From assembly GCA_045636285.1 (NCBI GenBank), contig JAZTXJ010000068.1, forward strand, positions 1 through 57,333: DNA of 57,333 nt. Direction: 5' to 3'. The first letter of the stretch is position 1; each line of letters starts with the position of its first letter. This DNA is from Eubacteriales bacterium. GTDB lineage: Bacteria; Bacillota; Clostridia; Oscillospirales; CAG-382. The translations under genes were made by a program, and so were the position numbers. A model generated the notes under the pieces. It did not search any database. It was not told where the DNA came from and saw only the letters and a program-made list of their open reading frames with translations. This document shows, piece by piece, positions 44,313 to 54,248 of this stretch.

Positions 44313-45143
44313 ATGAGCATTATCGTAGGTATCGACGTCGGCGGAAGCACAACCAAAATTGTCGGATTTGACAGCGGCAGGCTGCTCGAGCCGGTGCTTG
44401 TAAAAGCGAACGACCCTATCGCATCGGTATACGGCGGATTCGGAAAATTCACCACCGATAACAAAATTAACCTTTCGAGCATCGAAAAGGTTATGGTGAC
44501 GGGTGTAGGCGCGTCCTTCCTCGGTGATAATATATACGGCATCGAAACGATTCACGTAAACGAATTTATCGCAAACGGAAAGGGCGGTCTTTATCTGACC
44601 GGACTTAACGAAGCGGTCGTTGTAAGCATGGGCACGGGCACCTCTTACGTTTATGCAAACGCGGAAAGCGGCGAATACGCCCATCTCGGCGGTACAGGCG
44701 TCGGCGGCGGTACGCTCACGGGGCTTGCCGACAGGCTTTTGGGCATACGCTCGGTGCAGAATATCGCAAACCTCGCGCTTGAAGGCGATCTGAACAATAT
44801 CGATCTCCGCATTTCCGATATTACCGAGCACGATATTATCCCCTCTCTTTCGAACAACGCCACCGCGGCAAACTTCGGCAAGGTAAGCGACCTCGCGTCC
44901 CGCGGGGATATTGCGCTGGGGCTTGTCAATATGGTTTATGAAACCATTGCAATGCTTGCGATTTTCTCTGCCCGTATGAAGAACATAAGAGATATTGTTC
45001 TCGTGGGCAACCTTTCTATTCTTCCGCAAGCACCCGTTATATTCAAGGATCTCGAAAAAATGTTCAACGTCAATATATATATTCCCGAAAATTCGGCATA
45101 CGGCACCGTTATCGGAGCCGCGCTCGAGGGTTTGGAAAATTAA
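44313..45143 (+). CDS. Type II pantothenate kinase-like (ASKHA/fumble family)
   Basis: GIDVGGSTTKI, TGVGA, EF.A.G.GG, VSMGTGTS, GGTGVGGGTL.GL, TAANFGK, IGAAL. Confidence 0.8.
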   Translation: MSIIVGIDVGGSTTKIVGFDSGRLLEPVLVKANDPIASVYGGFGKFTTDNKINLSSIEKVMVTGVGASFLGDNIYGIETIHVNEFIANGKGGLYLTGLNEAVVVSMGTGTSYVYANAESGEYAHLGGTGVGGGTLTGLADRLLGIRSVQNIANLALEGDLNNIDLRISDITEHDIIPSLSNNATAANFGKVSDLASRGDIALGLVNMVYETIAMLAIFSARMKNIRDIVLVGNLSILPQAPVIFKDLEKMFNVNIYIPENSAYGTVIGAALEGLEN

Positions 45144-45162
45144 TGCCCGAAAGGACACGAAA

Positions 45163-45552
45163 ATGGCAGAAAACCATCGTTGGAACAAAAAAATATTCGC
45201 AATGCTGCTCAACGAAGCCAAGGGCGTTCGCTCCTGGCGTCAGTTTGCCGCAGATTGCGATATAAGCTACGTTCAAATGCGTAAGCTTGCGCTCGGAACG
45301 CAGGAAAATCCCCCGCGTCCCAAGCTCATTCGCAAGGTCGCGCTTCACGCCTTCGGCGAAATCGATTTAGAGGATCTGATGTTCGCCGCGGGTATCCACG
45401 CGAGCGACACAATGGCACTCCGCGAAAGCGCCGAGGCTTCCGAAACCCCTATCGATAAATACCGCTCGCTTCCCTCGAAGGAACGCAAAACTGTCGATAA
45501 ATTTATCGAATTTCTGATCGAGGATGTAAAAAAGACCAATAACGAACGCTAA
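45163..45552 (+). CDS. Putative XRE-family HTH regulator
   Basis: KGVRSWRQFAADCDISYVQMRKL.LG....P.P.LI.K.A......EDLM.AAG and C-terminal YRSL...ERKTV.KFIEFL. ATG 45163 after AAAGGA. Confidence 0.65.
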   Translation: MAENHRWNKKIFAMLLNEAKGVRSWRQFAADCDISYVQMRKLALGTQENPPRPKLIRKVALHAFGEIDLEDLMFAAGIHASDTMALRESAEASETPIDKYRSLPSKERKTVDKFIEFLIEDVKKTNNER

Positions 45553-45845
45553 AACAACAGCATAAACGCGATTATAAGCACGAAAATATCGTTGTCGCCA
45601 TCGGAATCGAGCAGTAAAAGCAGTCCGATACCGATAAGTATAAGATCGTCGAGCTTTAAATCCCGCAGAAAATCGAGTCTTAACCCTCTCTGCCGCTCCT
45701 GCGGCGAAAACGCATTCTCTTCCTTTATCTGCTCTCGCTCGGGCTCGCGGCGGATTTCGTTCGTTTCGCGGTTTTCGTTGTATTCGCGCTCCATATTGTA
45801 AAGCTGACCCTCGCTTTTTATACCGCCGAAATCTCTGCTATACAC
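45549..45845 (-). CDS. Small hypothetical protein with C-terminal hydrophobic DD-motif
   Basis: LDDLILIGIGLLLLLDSDGDNDIFVLIIAFMLLF. GTG start after GAGG. Confidence 0.7.
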   Translation of the reverse strand: MYSRDFGGIKSEGQLYNMEREYNENRETNEIRREPEREQIKEENAFSPQERQRGLRLDFLRDLKLDDLILIGIGLLLLLDSDGDNDIFVLIIAFMLLF

Positions 45846-45854
45846 AAAAACGCC

Positions 45855-46181
45855 TCACTTTCTGAAGTTTTTCATCATCGAAGCAAGCGCAAGCGCGCGT
45901 GTGAGCGCATCGAGCCGATCCCGCTTTTCCTCGCGCAGAAGCGGCTTGAGCGAAGCAAGCAGGGCTATGCGCGGATCGCTTTGCCGTTCGGAAGCAAACG
46001 CCGAAGCGGGAACCGTATCTGCCGTCGGCTTTGCCGAATCGGGCTCCGGCGCGGCTGTTTCACGCAGGGGCTTGCTTTGCGGCTGTGAAGCTCCCAAGCC
46101 CGAAGCGATCGACATTATTTTCGCCATCGATTCGGGGTCGGAAAGCACGTTTTTCAGCTTTTCCTGAAAATCACTGTCCAA
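45855..46181 (-). CDS. Small hypothetical protein
   Basis: L..VLSDPESMAKIMSIA..L...DPRIALL.SLKPLL.EE...RLD pattern, which I recall from clostridial small proteins. Overlaps the upstream stop. Confidence 0.7.
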   Translation of the reverse strand: MDSDFQEKLKNVLSDPESMAKIMSIASGLGASQPQSKPLRETAAPEPDSAKPTADTVPASAFASERQSDPRIALLASLKPLLREEKRDRLDALTRALALASMMKNFRK

Positions 46182-46434
46182 TATCTACACCCCGCTCGCG
46201 CAGAAGTCGCAAAATCTCCTCGCTTTTTTCTCTGCCCGCCGAATCGATAAGCGCCTGTGCTTCCTCTGCCGTCATTCCCGCTATTCTGCGCTTGAGCAGC
46301 TCGGGATTTGAAAGCATCATTTCGGTCTTCATTTTGCTCGCGCCTGCCGCCGAAGCGATACTGCGCGCAAGCGTTGCAAAGCTTTCGTCGTCCATCGAAA
46401 GAATGCGGTCTAACTGTCTGCGGTCAAAATCCAT
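46171..46434 (-). CDS. Small hypothetical protein (87 aa)
   Basis: MDFDRRQLDRILSMDD... ATG 46434 after GGAGGA. The longer ORF-track version is an antisense extension. Confidence 0.7.
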   Translation of the reverse strand: MDFDRRQLDRILSMDDESFATLARSIASAAGASKMKTEMMLSNPELLKRRIAGMTAEEAQALIDSAGREKSEEILRLLRERGVDIGQ

Positions 46435-46488
46435 AAATATTCCTCCGTTCAAATAAATCGAAAAAACCAAAAAAAGGAGTAAGTCAAA

Positions 46489-46995
46489 TTGTATATCTGC
46501 AAGCCCGAAAGAAGCGTTCTGCAGACAAGGATACTTTTGTTTGTCTGTGCGTTCGTTTCGCTCACTCTGTTTTTTGTTGCGACTGTCGTTCCGAGCTACA
46601 AGGCGTTTATCGAATTCTGCGGTATAGCCGCGGTAATGGTTTCGATATTGCTTGTCGTGCGGTATACGCTGACCGAATTTGAATACGCCGTATGCGACGG
46701 AAGCTTTTCGGTAACGAAAATTGTCGGCAACAAGCGCACGGTGATATGTCAGGTTGCGCTCGAAACGGCGACAGAGCTTCTGAAAAAGCGCGATTACGAC
46801 CATCTCCCCTCCGCCGAAAAGGCGATAATCAAATATTCGCTCAACCAGAACATAAAAGCGGAAAGCTATGTTTTTCTTTGCGACTTCAACAGAAAGCGCG
46901 CAATGATCGAATTCGAACCGAACGTAGAATTCGTTGCCATTCTCAAAAACGAAATCAAGAACGCAAAGCAGAATTCCGAAAACGAAAACGCATAG
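46489..46995 (+). CDS. Hypothetical two-TM membrane protein
   Basis: TTG start after AGGAG, two TM helices, EFEY......FSVTKI.G.KR and FEPN motif. Confidence 0.7.
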   Translation: MYICKPERSVLQTRILLFVCAFVSLTLFFVATVVPSYKAFIEFCGIAAVMVSILLVVRYTLTEFEYAVCDGSFSVTKIVGNKRTVICQVALETATELLKKRDYDHLPSAEKAIIKYSLNQNIKAESYVFLCDFNRKRAMIEFEPNVEFVAILKNEIKNAKQNSENENA

Positions 46996-47068
46996 TATAT
47001 TCTATGCGCGCGTTGCGGAGTAATTGCTTTATAAAATAAATTTTATTAAAACCGTAAGAGGTAGGAAA

Positions 47069-48511
47069 ATGTACGATATTACGATTATTGGCGGCGGCGT
47101 ATGCGGAGCCGCTATCGCAATGTACCTTTCGAAGTACGACGTGAAATGCTGTCTGCTCGAAAAAGACAACGATATTGCAATAGGCACGACAAGAGCCAAC
47201 AGCGGTATCGTTCACGCGGGCTACGACCCCGAGCCCGACACGCTTATGGCGCGCCTTAACGTGCGCGGCTGTGAGCTGATCGAAGAAATCGCAACCAAGC
47301 TCAACGTTCCTTACAACAAGTGCGGCTCGATGGTAATTTCCTTCGACGCAAAGGACGAAGCGCACCTTCACAAGCTTTACGAGCGCGGCGTTGCAAACGG
47401 CGTACGCGGCATGGAGCTTTTGGGCAAGGACGCTCTGCTTGAACGCGAGCCCAATCTTTCGTCCGAAGTTACCGGCGCACTCTTCGCTCCCTCGGCGGCT
47501 GTTGTCAACCCCTGGCGACTCTGTATCGCAATGGCTGAAACCGCGGCGAAAAACGGCGTTGAATTCTTCCTTAACAGCGAAGTAACCAAAATCGAAAAGA
47601 TCAACGGCGCCTTTGCTATAACCGCAGGCGGCAAAATCTACGATACCCGCTATATCATCAACGCGGCAGGTCTTTATTCCGATAAAATCGCAGAGCTTGT
47701 CGGCGCGAAGGATTTCGAAATTTACGCTTCGAAGGGACAGTATTACCTGCTCGATAAAACCTCCTACGGAATCGTAAACACCGTCATCTTCCAGTGCCCC
47801 ACCGAAAAGGGTAAGGGCGTACTCGTTTCTCCGACGGCAGACGGCAATATTATCGTCGGCCCGAACGCAGAAAGCGATAACGAGCGCGATGACGTTTCCA
47901 CCACGCGTGAAGGACTTGATTTCGTTGCGGCGGAAGCGGCAAAAACGACAAAGCTTATCGACTACCGCGAAAACATACGCTCGTTTGCGGGTCTGCGCGC
48001 AAACTCCGATAAGAGCGATTTCATTATCGGCGAATCTGCACTTTGCAGACATTTCATAAACGTTGCGGGTATTAAATCCCCCGGTCTTACCTCCTCGCCC
48101 GCTATCGGCGAATACGTTATCGAGGTTCTTGAGGACTGCGGAGTTATGCTTACCGAAAAGGAAAGCTGGGAATATCCCGAACCCCACTTCTGCTTCTCGG
48201 AGCTTTCGAACGAGGAAAAGGCGGAAGCCTGCGAAAGAAACAGACTTTACGGCAACGTTATCTGCCGCTGTAATCTCGTTACCGAGGGCGAAATTATCGA
48301 CGCACTCGATAACTCCTATATCAAGCCCACCACGCTCGACGGCATAAAGCGCCGCACGGGAAGCGGTATGGGCAGATGTCAGGGCGGATTCTGCGGTGTT
48401 AAAATACACGAAATACTTTGCAAATATTACAACGTTCCTGCCGAAAGCGTGCTTTGGGACAAGGACGGCTCGTACATAGTCGCAGGAAAGGTCGGTGAAA
48501 TCAATGACTAA
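47069..48511 (+). CDS. FAD-dependent oxidoreductase with C-terminal BFD-like [2Fe-2S] domain (G3PDH/LhgO-like)
   Basis: IIGGGVCG, TT.ANSGIVHAGYD, INAAGLYSD, GIKSPGLTSSPAIG, ICRC..VTEGEI...KRRT.SGMGRCQGGFC. ATG 47069. Confidence 0.88.
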   Translation: MYDITIIGGGVCGAAIAMYLSKYDVKCCLLEKDNDIAIGTTRANSGIVHAGYDPEPDTLMARLNVRGCELIEEIATKLNVPYNKCGSMVISFDAKDEAHLHKLYERGVANGVRGMELLGKDALLEREPNLSSEVTGALFAPSAAVVNPWRLCIAMAETAAKNGVEFFLNSEVTKIEKINGAFAITAGGKIYDTRYIINAAGLYSDKIAELVGAKDFEIYASKGQYYLLDKTSYGIVNTVIFQCPTEKGKGVLVSPTADGNIIVGPNAESDNERDDVSTTREGLDFVAAEAAKTTKLIDYRENIRSFAGLRANSDKSDFIIGESALCRHFINVAGIKSPGLTSSPAIGEYVIEVLEDCGVMLTEKESWEYPEPHFCFSELSNEEKAEACERNRLYGNVICRCNLVTEGEIIDALDNSYIKPTTLDGIKRRTGSGMGRCQGGFCGVKIHEILCKYYNVPAESVLWDKDGSYIVAGKVGEIND

Positions 48512-49775
48512 ACGCGATATAGTTATTATCGGCGCGGGCCCCGCAGGTATGGCGGCGGCTGTTGCCGCTTATGAAGCGGGCGTTACCGATATACTTTTGC
48601 TCGAACGCGATTGCGAAGCGGGCGGCATACTCAACCAGTGCATACACAACGGATTCGGACTTCACCGCTTCGGCGAAGAGCTTACCGGTCCCGAATATGC
48701 GGGCAGATTTATCGAAATGCTCAAAAACACCTCGGTCACGCTTCAGCTTGGCACGACGGTTCTCAATATCGAAAACAAAATCGTTTCGGCGGTTTCTGTC
48801 GAAAAAGGCTTCGAGCAGATCGAAGCAAAGTCTATAATTCTCGCAATGGGCTGCCGCGAGCGTAACAGAGGCCCGATATTCGTCCCCGGCGACAGAGGCA
48901 GAGGCGTTTTCACCGCGGGCGCGGCGCAGAGATACCTTAATATCGAAGGCTATCTTGTCGGCAAGAAAATAGTAATTCTCGGCAGCGGCGACATAGGTCT
49001 TATTATGGCAAGACGTATGACTCTCGAAGGCGCGCAGGTGCTTGCGGTTTCCGAAATTATGCCCTACACCAACGGACTTTCGCGTAACGTCGCACAGTGC
49101 TTGGAGGATTTCGGCATTCCGCTTTACCTTTCGCACACCGTTACGAAAGTGCACGGCAAAAACGCACTCGAAGGTATCGAGCTTTCTCAGGTCGGCCCCG
49201 ATATGAAGCCCATTCCCGGCACCGAAAAATATTTTGAATGCGATACCCTTCTTCTTTCCGTCGGTCTTGTTCCCGAAAACGAGCTTACCCGTCAGGCAGG
49301 TATCGAGCTCGACTTCCGCACGAAGGGCGCGACCGTCGGCGAGGATATGCAAACCACCGAACCCGGTGTTTTCGCTTGCGGTAACGTGCTTCACGTTCAC
49401 GATCTTGTCGACTACGTTTCGGCAGAAAGCGAACGCGCGGGCAGAAGCGCGGCAAAATACGTGCTCGGCGGCGAAGAAGCCGAAAACGGCGTTTCCATTC
49501 CCGTTAAAAACGTCGCAGATATAGGCTATACCGTACCGCAGAGAATAAATATCGGTCGTGTGGAAAAATCGGTAGACGTTTTTATGCGTGTCCGCAAAAA
49601 AATGGAAGCCGCAGATATTGTTGTGGAATCGGAAGGCGAAAGAATCGCTTCCTTCTCCAGAAAATTCCTTGCACCCGCAGAAATGCAAAAAATAACCCTT
49701 CCCAAAGTATTGCTTGAACGCGCGCACGGCAGTATCACCGTTTCGGTGTTCGAGCGCGAGGAGGTATCCGAATGA
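48504..49775 (+). CDS. NAD(P)/FAD-dependent oxidoreductase (partner subunit)
   Basis: IIGAGPAGMAAA, GGILNQCIHNGFG, ELTGPEY, GSGDIGLIMARR, GVFACGNVLHVHDLVD.VS.E. Confidence 0.9.
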   Translation: MTKRDIVIIGAGPAGMAAAVAAYEAGVTDILLLERDCEAGGILNQCIHNGFGLHRFGEELTGPEYAGRFIEMLKNTSVTLQLGTTVLNIENKIVSAVSVEKGFEQIEAKSIILAMGCRERNRGPIFVPGDRGRGVFTAGAAQRYLNIEGYLVGKKIVILGSGDIGLIMARRMTLEGAQVLAVSEIMPYTNGLSRNVAQCLEDFGIPLYLSHTVTKVHGKNALEGIELSQVGPDMKPIPGTEKYFECDTLLLSVGLVPENELTRQAGIELDFRTKGATVGEDMQTTEPGVFACGNVLHVHDLVDYVSAESERAGRSAAKYVLGGEEAENGVSIPVKNVADIGYTVPQRINIGRVEKSVDVFMRVRKKMEAADIVVESEGERIASFSRKFLAPAEMQKITLPKVLLERAHGSITVSVFEREEVSE

Positions 49776-50113
49776 AAGAAATGATCTGTATAGTCTGCCC
49801 CCGCGGATGTCATATTCAGGTAAACGAGGAAACCCTTGAGGTTCTCGGCAACACCTGCGCGCGCGGCGCGGAATACGGCAAAAACGAAATAACCTCTCCC
49901 ATGCGTACGGTTACGGGCTCGGTAAAGATTATCGGCGGCATACATCGCCGTCTTGCCGTACGTACCGACCGCGCTATTCCCAAGGGCAAAATGTTTGAAA
50001 TCATGCGCGAGCTTCACTCCTTTGCCGCGCACTCGCCGGTAAAACGCGGCGCGGTGCTGATCGAAAACGTATGCGGCACGGGCGCGAACGTCATCGCCTC
50101 GCGCGATATGTAA
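49772..50113 (+). CDS. DUF1667 domain protein (CxxCPxGC)
   Basis: ICIVCPRGC...GNTC.RG.EYG..E...P.RT.T.SV. Usual third gene of this oxidoreductase trio. Confidence 0.88.
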   Translation: MKEMICIVCPRGCHIQVNEETLEVLGNTCARGAEYGKNEITSPMRTVTGSVKIIGGIHRRLAVRTDRAIPKGKMFEIMRELHSFAAHSPVKRGAVLIENVCGTGANVIASRDM

Positions 50114-50141
50114 GAATTTTTGCGGATTTTTTGCAAAAAAC

Positions 50142-50168
50142 GTGACAAATCCCGCAGCTTAGGCGTCT
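50142..50168 (+). promoter_or_regulatory. Putative ECF-sigma promoter (GTGACAAA-N14-CGTCT), copy 2
   Basis: GTGACAAATCCCG...CGTCT, 35 nt upstream of the CotH ATG. Same motif and spacing as 6189-6215. Confidence 0.45.
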
Positions 50169-50203
50169 TTACAAACAGCGTTTTTATGAACGGAGAAACG
50201 TAA

Positions 50204-53200
50204 ATGGCAAAATCAGGCGGAATGACCGCAAGAACGAAAAAAGAAATAATGATAGCAGTATTGCTCGCCGCCTGTATGCTTTTGGGCGTTGCGGTGATGG
50301 TGCTTGTCGAGGACAAGGTCGGCACTCCCGTCTTTTTCGACGGCGAAATGAAGAATATCTGTGTCCGTATCAACGAAATATGCTCCTCGAACAAATCGAT
50401 ACTCGCAACCGATAACGGCGAATATCCGGATTATATCGAGCTTTACAATTACGGCGAAACCTTTAATCTCGCCGATTTCGGTCTTGCCAACGATACGGGC
50501 AACGGTAAAGCCTATTCCTTCGGAGATATAACCTTCGAAGCGAACAGCTATCTTATCGTTTATCTCGACGGAATCAACGTTCCGTTCAGGCTCGCGTCCG
50601 ACGGAAACGAATATATCTCGCTCGTTTCGTGGGACGGCACGGTTATCGATAAAGCCACCACGGTAAAAACTCTCAGCGATGAGGTTATGGTTTGGACCAA
50701 GGAGGGCTTCGCCGTCACGCGTGATGCTTCGCCGGGTTACCCGAACACAGAAGAGGGCGTGGCGCAGTTCCGCGCAGGCGCATCCGACGGCTCTCTTTCG
50801 CTTGCGATAAACGAAATTCTTACCGCAAACGGCTCGGTTCTCCCCGATTCCGAAGGCGAGTTCTGCGACATTATCGAAATAAAGAATATTTCCTCTGCGG
50901 TGATTTCCACAAAGGGCTATTTTATTTCCGATACGCTTGAAAACCGCGCAAGATACTCGCTCCCCGAAAAAACGCTCGCCCCCGGCGAATTTATGCTCGT
51001 TTTTGCATCGGGCAAGGACAAAATCACCGAAAACGGCGAATTCCACACCGATTTCCGTATATCCGACGGCGAGGATATAGTTCTTTCCGCCGGAAGCAAA
51101 TATATTACCCAAAAGGCAGTATTTTGCGAAAACAACCATTCTCTTTCCCGCATTAACGGCGACAACGGCTACGAATACAAAAAAATGCTCGCCACGCCCG
51201 GATTCGAAAACGACGAATCGGGCAAGGAAGCACTCGAAGAAACAAGAACCGATAAAAACGCGCCCCTCGTTATAAGCGAGCTGCTGCTTTCGCAGGACCT
51301 TACGCCTTACGGCGGCAAGCTGCGCGACGTTATCGAAATCTGCAACGTTTCGCAAAGCGAGGTTTCGACAAAGGGATATTTCGTGAGCGATTCCGAGGAA
51401 GACCCCTATAAATACGCGCTCCCCGAAAAAACGCTTGCACCCAACGAATGCCTCGTACTGTACGCCGAAAACGGAAGCGGCGAAAACGTCTGCGGCTTCG
51501 CGCTTTCCTCGGGCGAATCGGTTTATCTTATAACCCCCGAATTCAAAAAGAGCGAATACGTTTCCTGCGTTCCCGCGGGCAGAGGCAATTCCCGCAGCTA
51601 TTCGAACGAAAACGGCGAAGCGGTCTATACCGACGGCGCTGTTTCGATAGGCTTTGCAAACACCGAAGCGGGTGTTGCGCTTTATGAAAGCGCAATCCGT
51701 CCCGCCGATATAGAAATAAGCGAAATCGTCGCCTCGAACACCGCTCATCTCGCAGGACCCTTTAAAACCTATCACGATTTTATCGAGCTTCACAACCGTA
51801 CCGAAAACGATATCACGCTCGACGGCTGGTATCTTTCCGATGACCCCGAACAGCCCTTAAAGGGCAGTCTTAACGGTGTTACGGTTCCCGCAAACGGTTA
51901 TACCGCGATAATCCTTTCGAGCGACGGCGTGAATACCCCGCTCGGATATACCGTGCTTAATTTCGGAATCAACGCATCGGGCGAAACGCTTACCCTTTCG
52001 AACGGAAGCGAAATCACCGACAGCGCGTCCGTACCCTCGCTCGGTATTAATACCGCGTTCGGCAGAGCCGAAGGCGAAAACGGATTTTCGGTGCTCGCAT
52101 CGGTAACGCCCGAAAAGGCAAACTCCAAGCGCGCCACCGAAAAAACCGCCGCTCCGCAGGCTTCGCTCGGGCAAGGCGTTTACGGCGAAAGCGTAACGGT
52201 TGAGCTTACGGGCAACGGCAATATTTATTATACTCTCGATTGCACCGAACCGACCGCGGATTCCACGCGCTACACCGCGCCGTTAAAGCTTTCCGCCACG
52301 ACGGTTATTCGCTGTATCGCTATCGAAAACGGCAAGCTCAAAAGCGAAGTGACCGATTTGACTTATATCGTCAACGAAAACGATACGCTTGAAGCAATAT
52401 CTATCGTAACCGAACCCAAAAATTTGTGGGACTACTATTCGGGCATTTACGAAACGGGCCCCCGCGCCGATTCGGTTTTTCCCTATGAGGGCGCGAATTA
52501 CTATTACCGCTGGGAGCGCGAAGCAAGCGTGAGCTTTTTCGCCCAAACCGACGAAGGCTTTTCGGAAAACTGCGGAATACGCATTTTCGGCGGTCTTTCG
52601 CGCGCACTCCCCAAAAAATCGTTTGCACTCTTCTTCCGCTCGGCATACGGCTCCGATGCGCTGTATTATCAGCTCTTCCGCGATACCGAGCTCGATTGCT
52701 ACGAAGCGCTCGTGCTCCGCAACACAGGGCAGGATTTTAAATATTCCTCAATGCGCGATGCAATGGTAACCACAATGGCGAACGATATGCTCGGACTTGA
52801 CGTGCAAAACTGCCGTCCCGTCGTGCTTTATCTCAACGGCGAATATTGGGGACTCTATTTTATACGCGAAAAGCTCAACGAAAACTACGTTGCACAGCAC
52901 TATAACTGCGACCCGCTCGAAGCGACGGTTGCGGTTGCGAACGGCAAAACGAGCGAAGCATATATGGCGCTTGTCGATTATGCATCGAAGCACGACCTTA
53001 CCGTGCAGGAGCATTACGATTACGTCGGCTCGCTTATGGATATAGAAAACTATATCGATTATATCGTTGCGGAAATGATTATCTGCAACACCGATAACGG
53101 CAATATACGGTTTTTCACCTATGAAGGCGGAAAATGGCGTTGGATAATGTATGACGTTGACCACGCGTTCCGTTCCTCGAACTATAATACAGTTGCCGAC

Positions 53201-53554
53201 CATCTCGACCCCGGCGGCACCGGAAGCGCGAATATGTTTTCGACAAGACTTATAAACGCGCTCCTTAAAAACCCCGAATTCAAAAAGAAGTTTTTGGAAG
53301 AAATCGCATACCAAATAAATAACGTCTGGACCAGCGCGAATATCGACAAATACGTCGATGAGTTCAAGGCTATGATAGTCAACGATATAGGCAAGGACTG
53401 CACACGCTGGAACAGAAATTACAGCACGTGGGAATCCTCTGTCGAAAGTCTTAAAACCTTCGGAAGAAACCGCGAAAAATATCTTTTGCAGTACGTCAAA
53501 TCCTATTTCTCGCTTTCCGACGAGCAAATGCGAAGCTACGGCTTTAATGTATAG
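50204..53554 (+). CDS. Membrane-anchored CotH-family kinase with four lamin-tail domains and a chitobiase/beta-hexosaminidase C-terminal-like domain
   Basis: N-terminal TM. Four I(N/S)E...D.IE.(Y/K/C/H)N...G.(F/Y)LSD repeats (LTD). IYYTLD.TEPT..S..Y..PL. CotH motifs GG.SR..PKKSF, LVLRN, V.LYLNGEYWGLY...EK, N.RFF, W.W.MYD.D. Confidence 0.88.
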   Translation: MAKSGGMTARTKKEIMIAVLLAACMLLGVAVMVLVEDKVGTPVFFDGEMKNICVRINEICSSNKSILATDNGEYPDYIELYNYGETFNLADFGLANDTGNGKAYSFGDITFEANSYLIVYLDGINVPFRLASDGNEYISLVSWDGTVIDKATTVKTLSDEVMVWTKEGFAVTRDASPGYPNTEEGVAQFRAGASDGSLSLAINEILTANGSVLPDSEGEFCDIIEIKNISSAVISTKGYFISDTLENRARYSLPEKTLAPGEFMLVFASGKDKITENGEFHTDFRISDGEDIVLSAGSKYITQKAVFCENNHSLSRINGDNGYEYKKMLATPGFENDESGKEALEETRTDKNAPLVISELLLSQDLTPYGGKLRDVIEICNVSQSEVSTKGYFVSDSEEDPYKYALPEKTLAPNECLVLYAENGSGENVCGFALSSGESVYLITPEFKKSEYVSCVPAGRGNSRSYSNENGEAVYTDGAVSIGFANTEAGVALYESAIRPADIEISEIVASNTAHLAGPFKTYHDFIELHNRTENDITLDGWYLSDDPEQPLKGSLNGVTVPANGYTAIILSSDGVNTPLGYTVLNFGINASGETLTLSNGSEITDSASVPSLGINTAFGRAEGENGFSVLASVTPEKANSKRATEKTAAPQASLGQGVYGESVTVELTGNGNIYYTLDCTEPTADSTRYTAPLKLSATTVIRCIAIENGKLKSEVTDLTYIVNENDTLEAISIVTEPKNLWDYYSGIYETGPRADSVFPYEGANYYYRWEREASVSFFAQTDEGFSENCGIRIFGGLSRALPKKSFALFFRSAYGSDALYYQLFRDTELDCYEALVLRNTGQDFKYSSMRDAMVTTMANDMLGLDVQNCRPVVLYLNGEYWGLYFIREKLNENYVAQHYNCDPLEATVAVANGKTSEAYMALVDYASKHDLTVQEHYDYVGSLMDIENYIDYIVAEMIICNTDNGNIRFFTYEGGKWRWIMYDVDHAFRSSNYNTVADHLDPGGTGSANMFSTRLINALLKNPEFKKKFLEEIAYQINNVWTSANIDKYVDEFKAMIVNDIGKDCTRWNRNYSTWESSVESLKTFGRNREKYLLQYVKSYFSLSDEQMRSYGFNV

Positions 53555-53566
53555 GGAGGTGCTCTG

Positions 53567-54235
53567 ATGGCAGAACGCCGCGAGGAAAAATACCTGATCG
53601 ATTACAGCGAATATTCGGTTATCGCAAACCGAATAAGAGCACTGATGACTCCCGACGAAAACGCGCAAGACGGCAGATATTCGATCTGCTCGCTCTATTT
53701 CGACGATCCGTTCGGCACTGCGCTTGCCGAAAAAGAGGACGGCAACGCCGTTCACGTTAAATTCAGAATACGCACCTATGGCGGAAGCAAAAAAACAATA
53801 AGGCTCGAACGCAAAACCAAACGCGGTATAGTTACCGAAAAGCATTCGGCAATAATTACCGAAGCCGAGCTCGAATGCATTTTAAAAGGCGAAGGTATCG
53901 ATGAAAACAGCGATTGCTTCGGGCTTGTTTCGGAAATGCGTTCAAAGGCGTTCCGCCCCGCAATATCGGTGCGCTACGACCGCGAAGCCTATGTTTTTGC
54001 TCCGCTCGGAATAAGAGTGACGTTCGATTTCAATATCGATTCGCTCCCGCCGGATAAAGAAACGCTGTTCGGCAATACCGAACGCGCAACCCCTGCAATC
54101 GACCGCGGACAGATAATTATGGAAATAAAATATTCCGAACGCTGTCCCTCGTTTGTCCGTAAATGCTGTTCTACCAACGGTGCACAGCTTTCGGTTTCAA
54201 AATACGCATTGTGCAGAAACGCATCTGCGATATAA
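53567..54235 (+). CDS. VTC / polyphosphate polymerase domain protein (CYTH-like)
   Basis: R.E.KY.I, Y.I.SLYFD, KFRIRTY, LE.K.K, VRYDREAY, RVTFD, MEIKY, SVSKY..C. Confidence 0.9.
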   Translation: MAERREEKYLIDYSEYSVIANRIRALMTPDENAQDGRYSICSLYFDDPFGTALAEKEDGNAVHVKFRIRTYGGSKKTIRLERKTKRGIVTEKHSAIITEAELECILKGEGIDENSDCFGLVSEMRSKAFRPAISVRYDREAYVFAPLGIRVTFDFNIDSLPPDKETLFGNTERATPAIDRGQIIMEIKYSERCPSFVRKCCSTNGAQLSVSKYALCRNASAI

Positions 54236-54248
54236 AAAGGAGATAAAT

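Noticed and set aside
46435-46803. N-terminal extension of ORF 46171..46803
   Set aside because: Antisense to the 46489-46995 gene. A strong GGAGGA RBS supports the start at 46434.
46990-47007. GCATAG-TATATT-CTATGC palindrome as a sporulation-sigma promoter or operator
   Set aside because: Short, single occurrence overlapping a stop codon, with no matching -35 identified. Not enough support.
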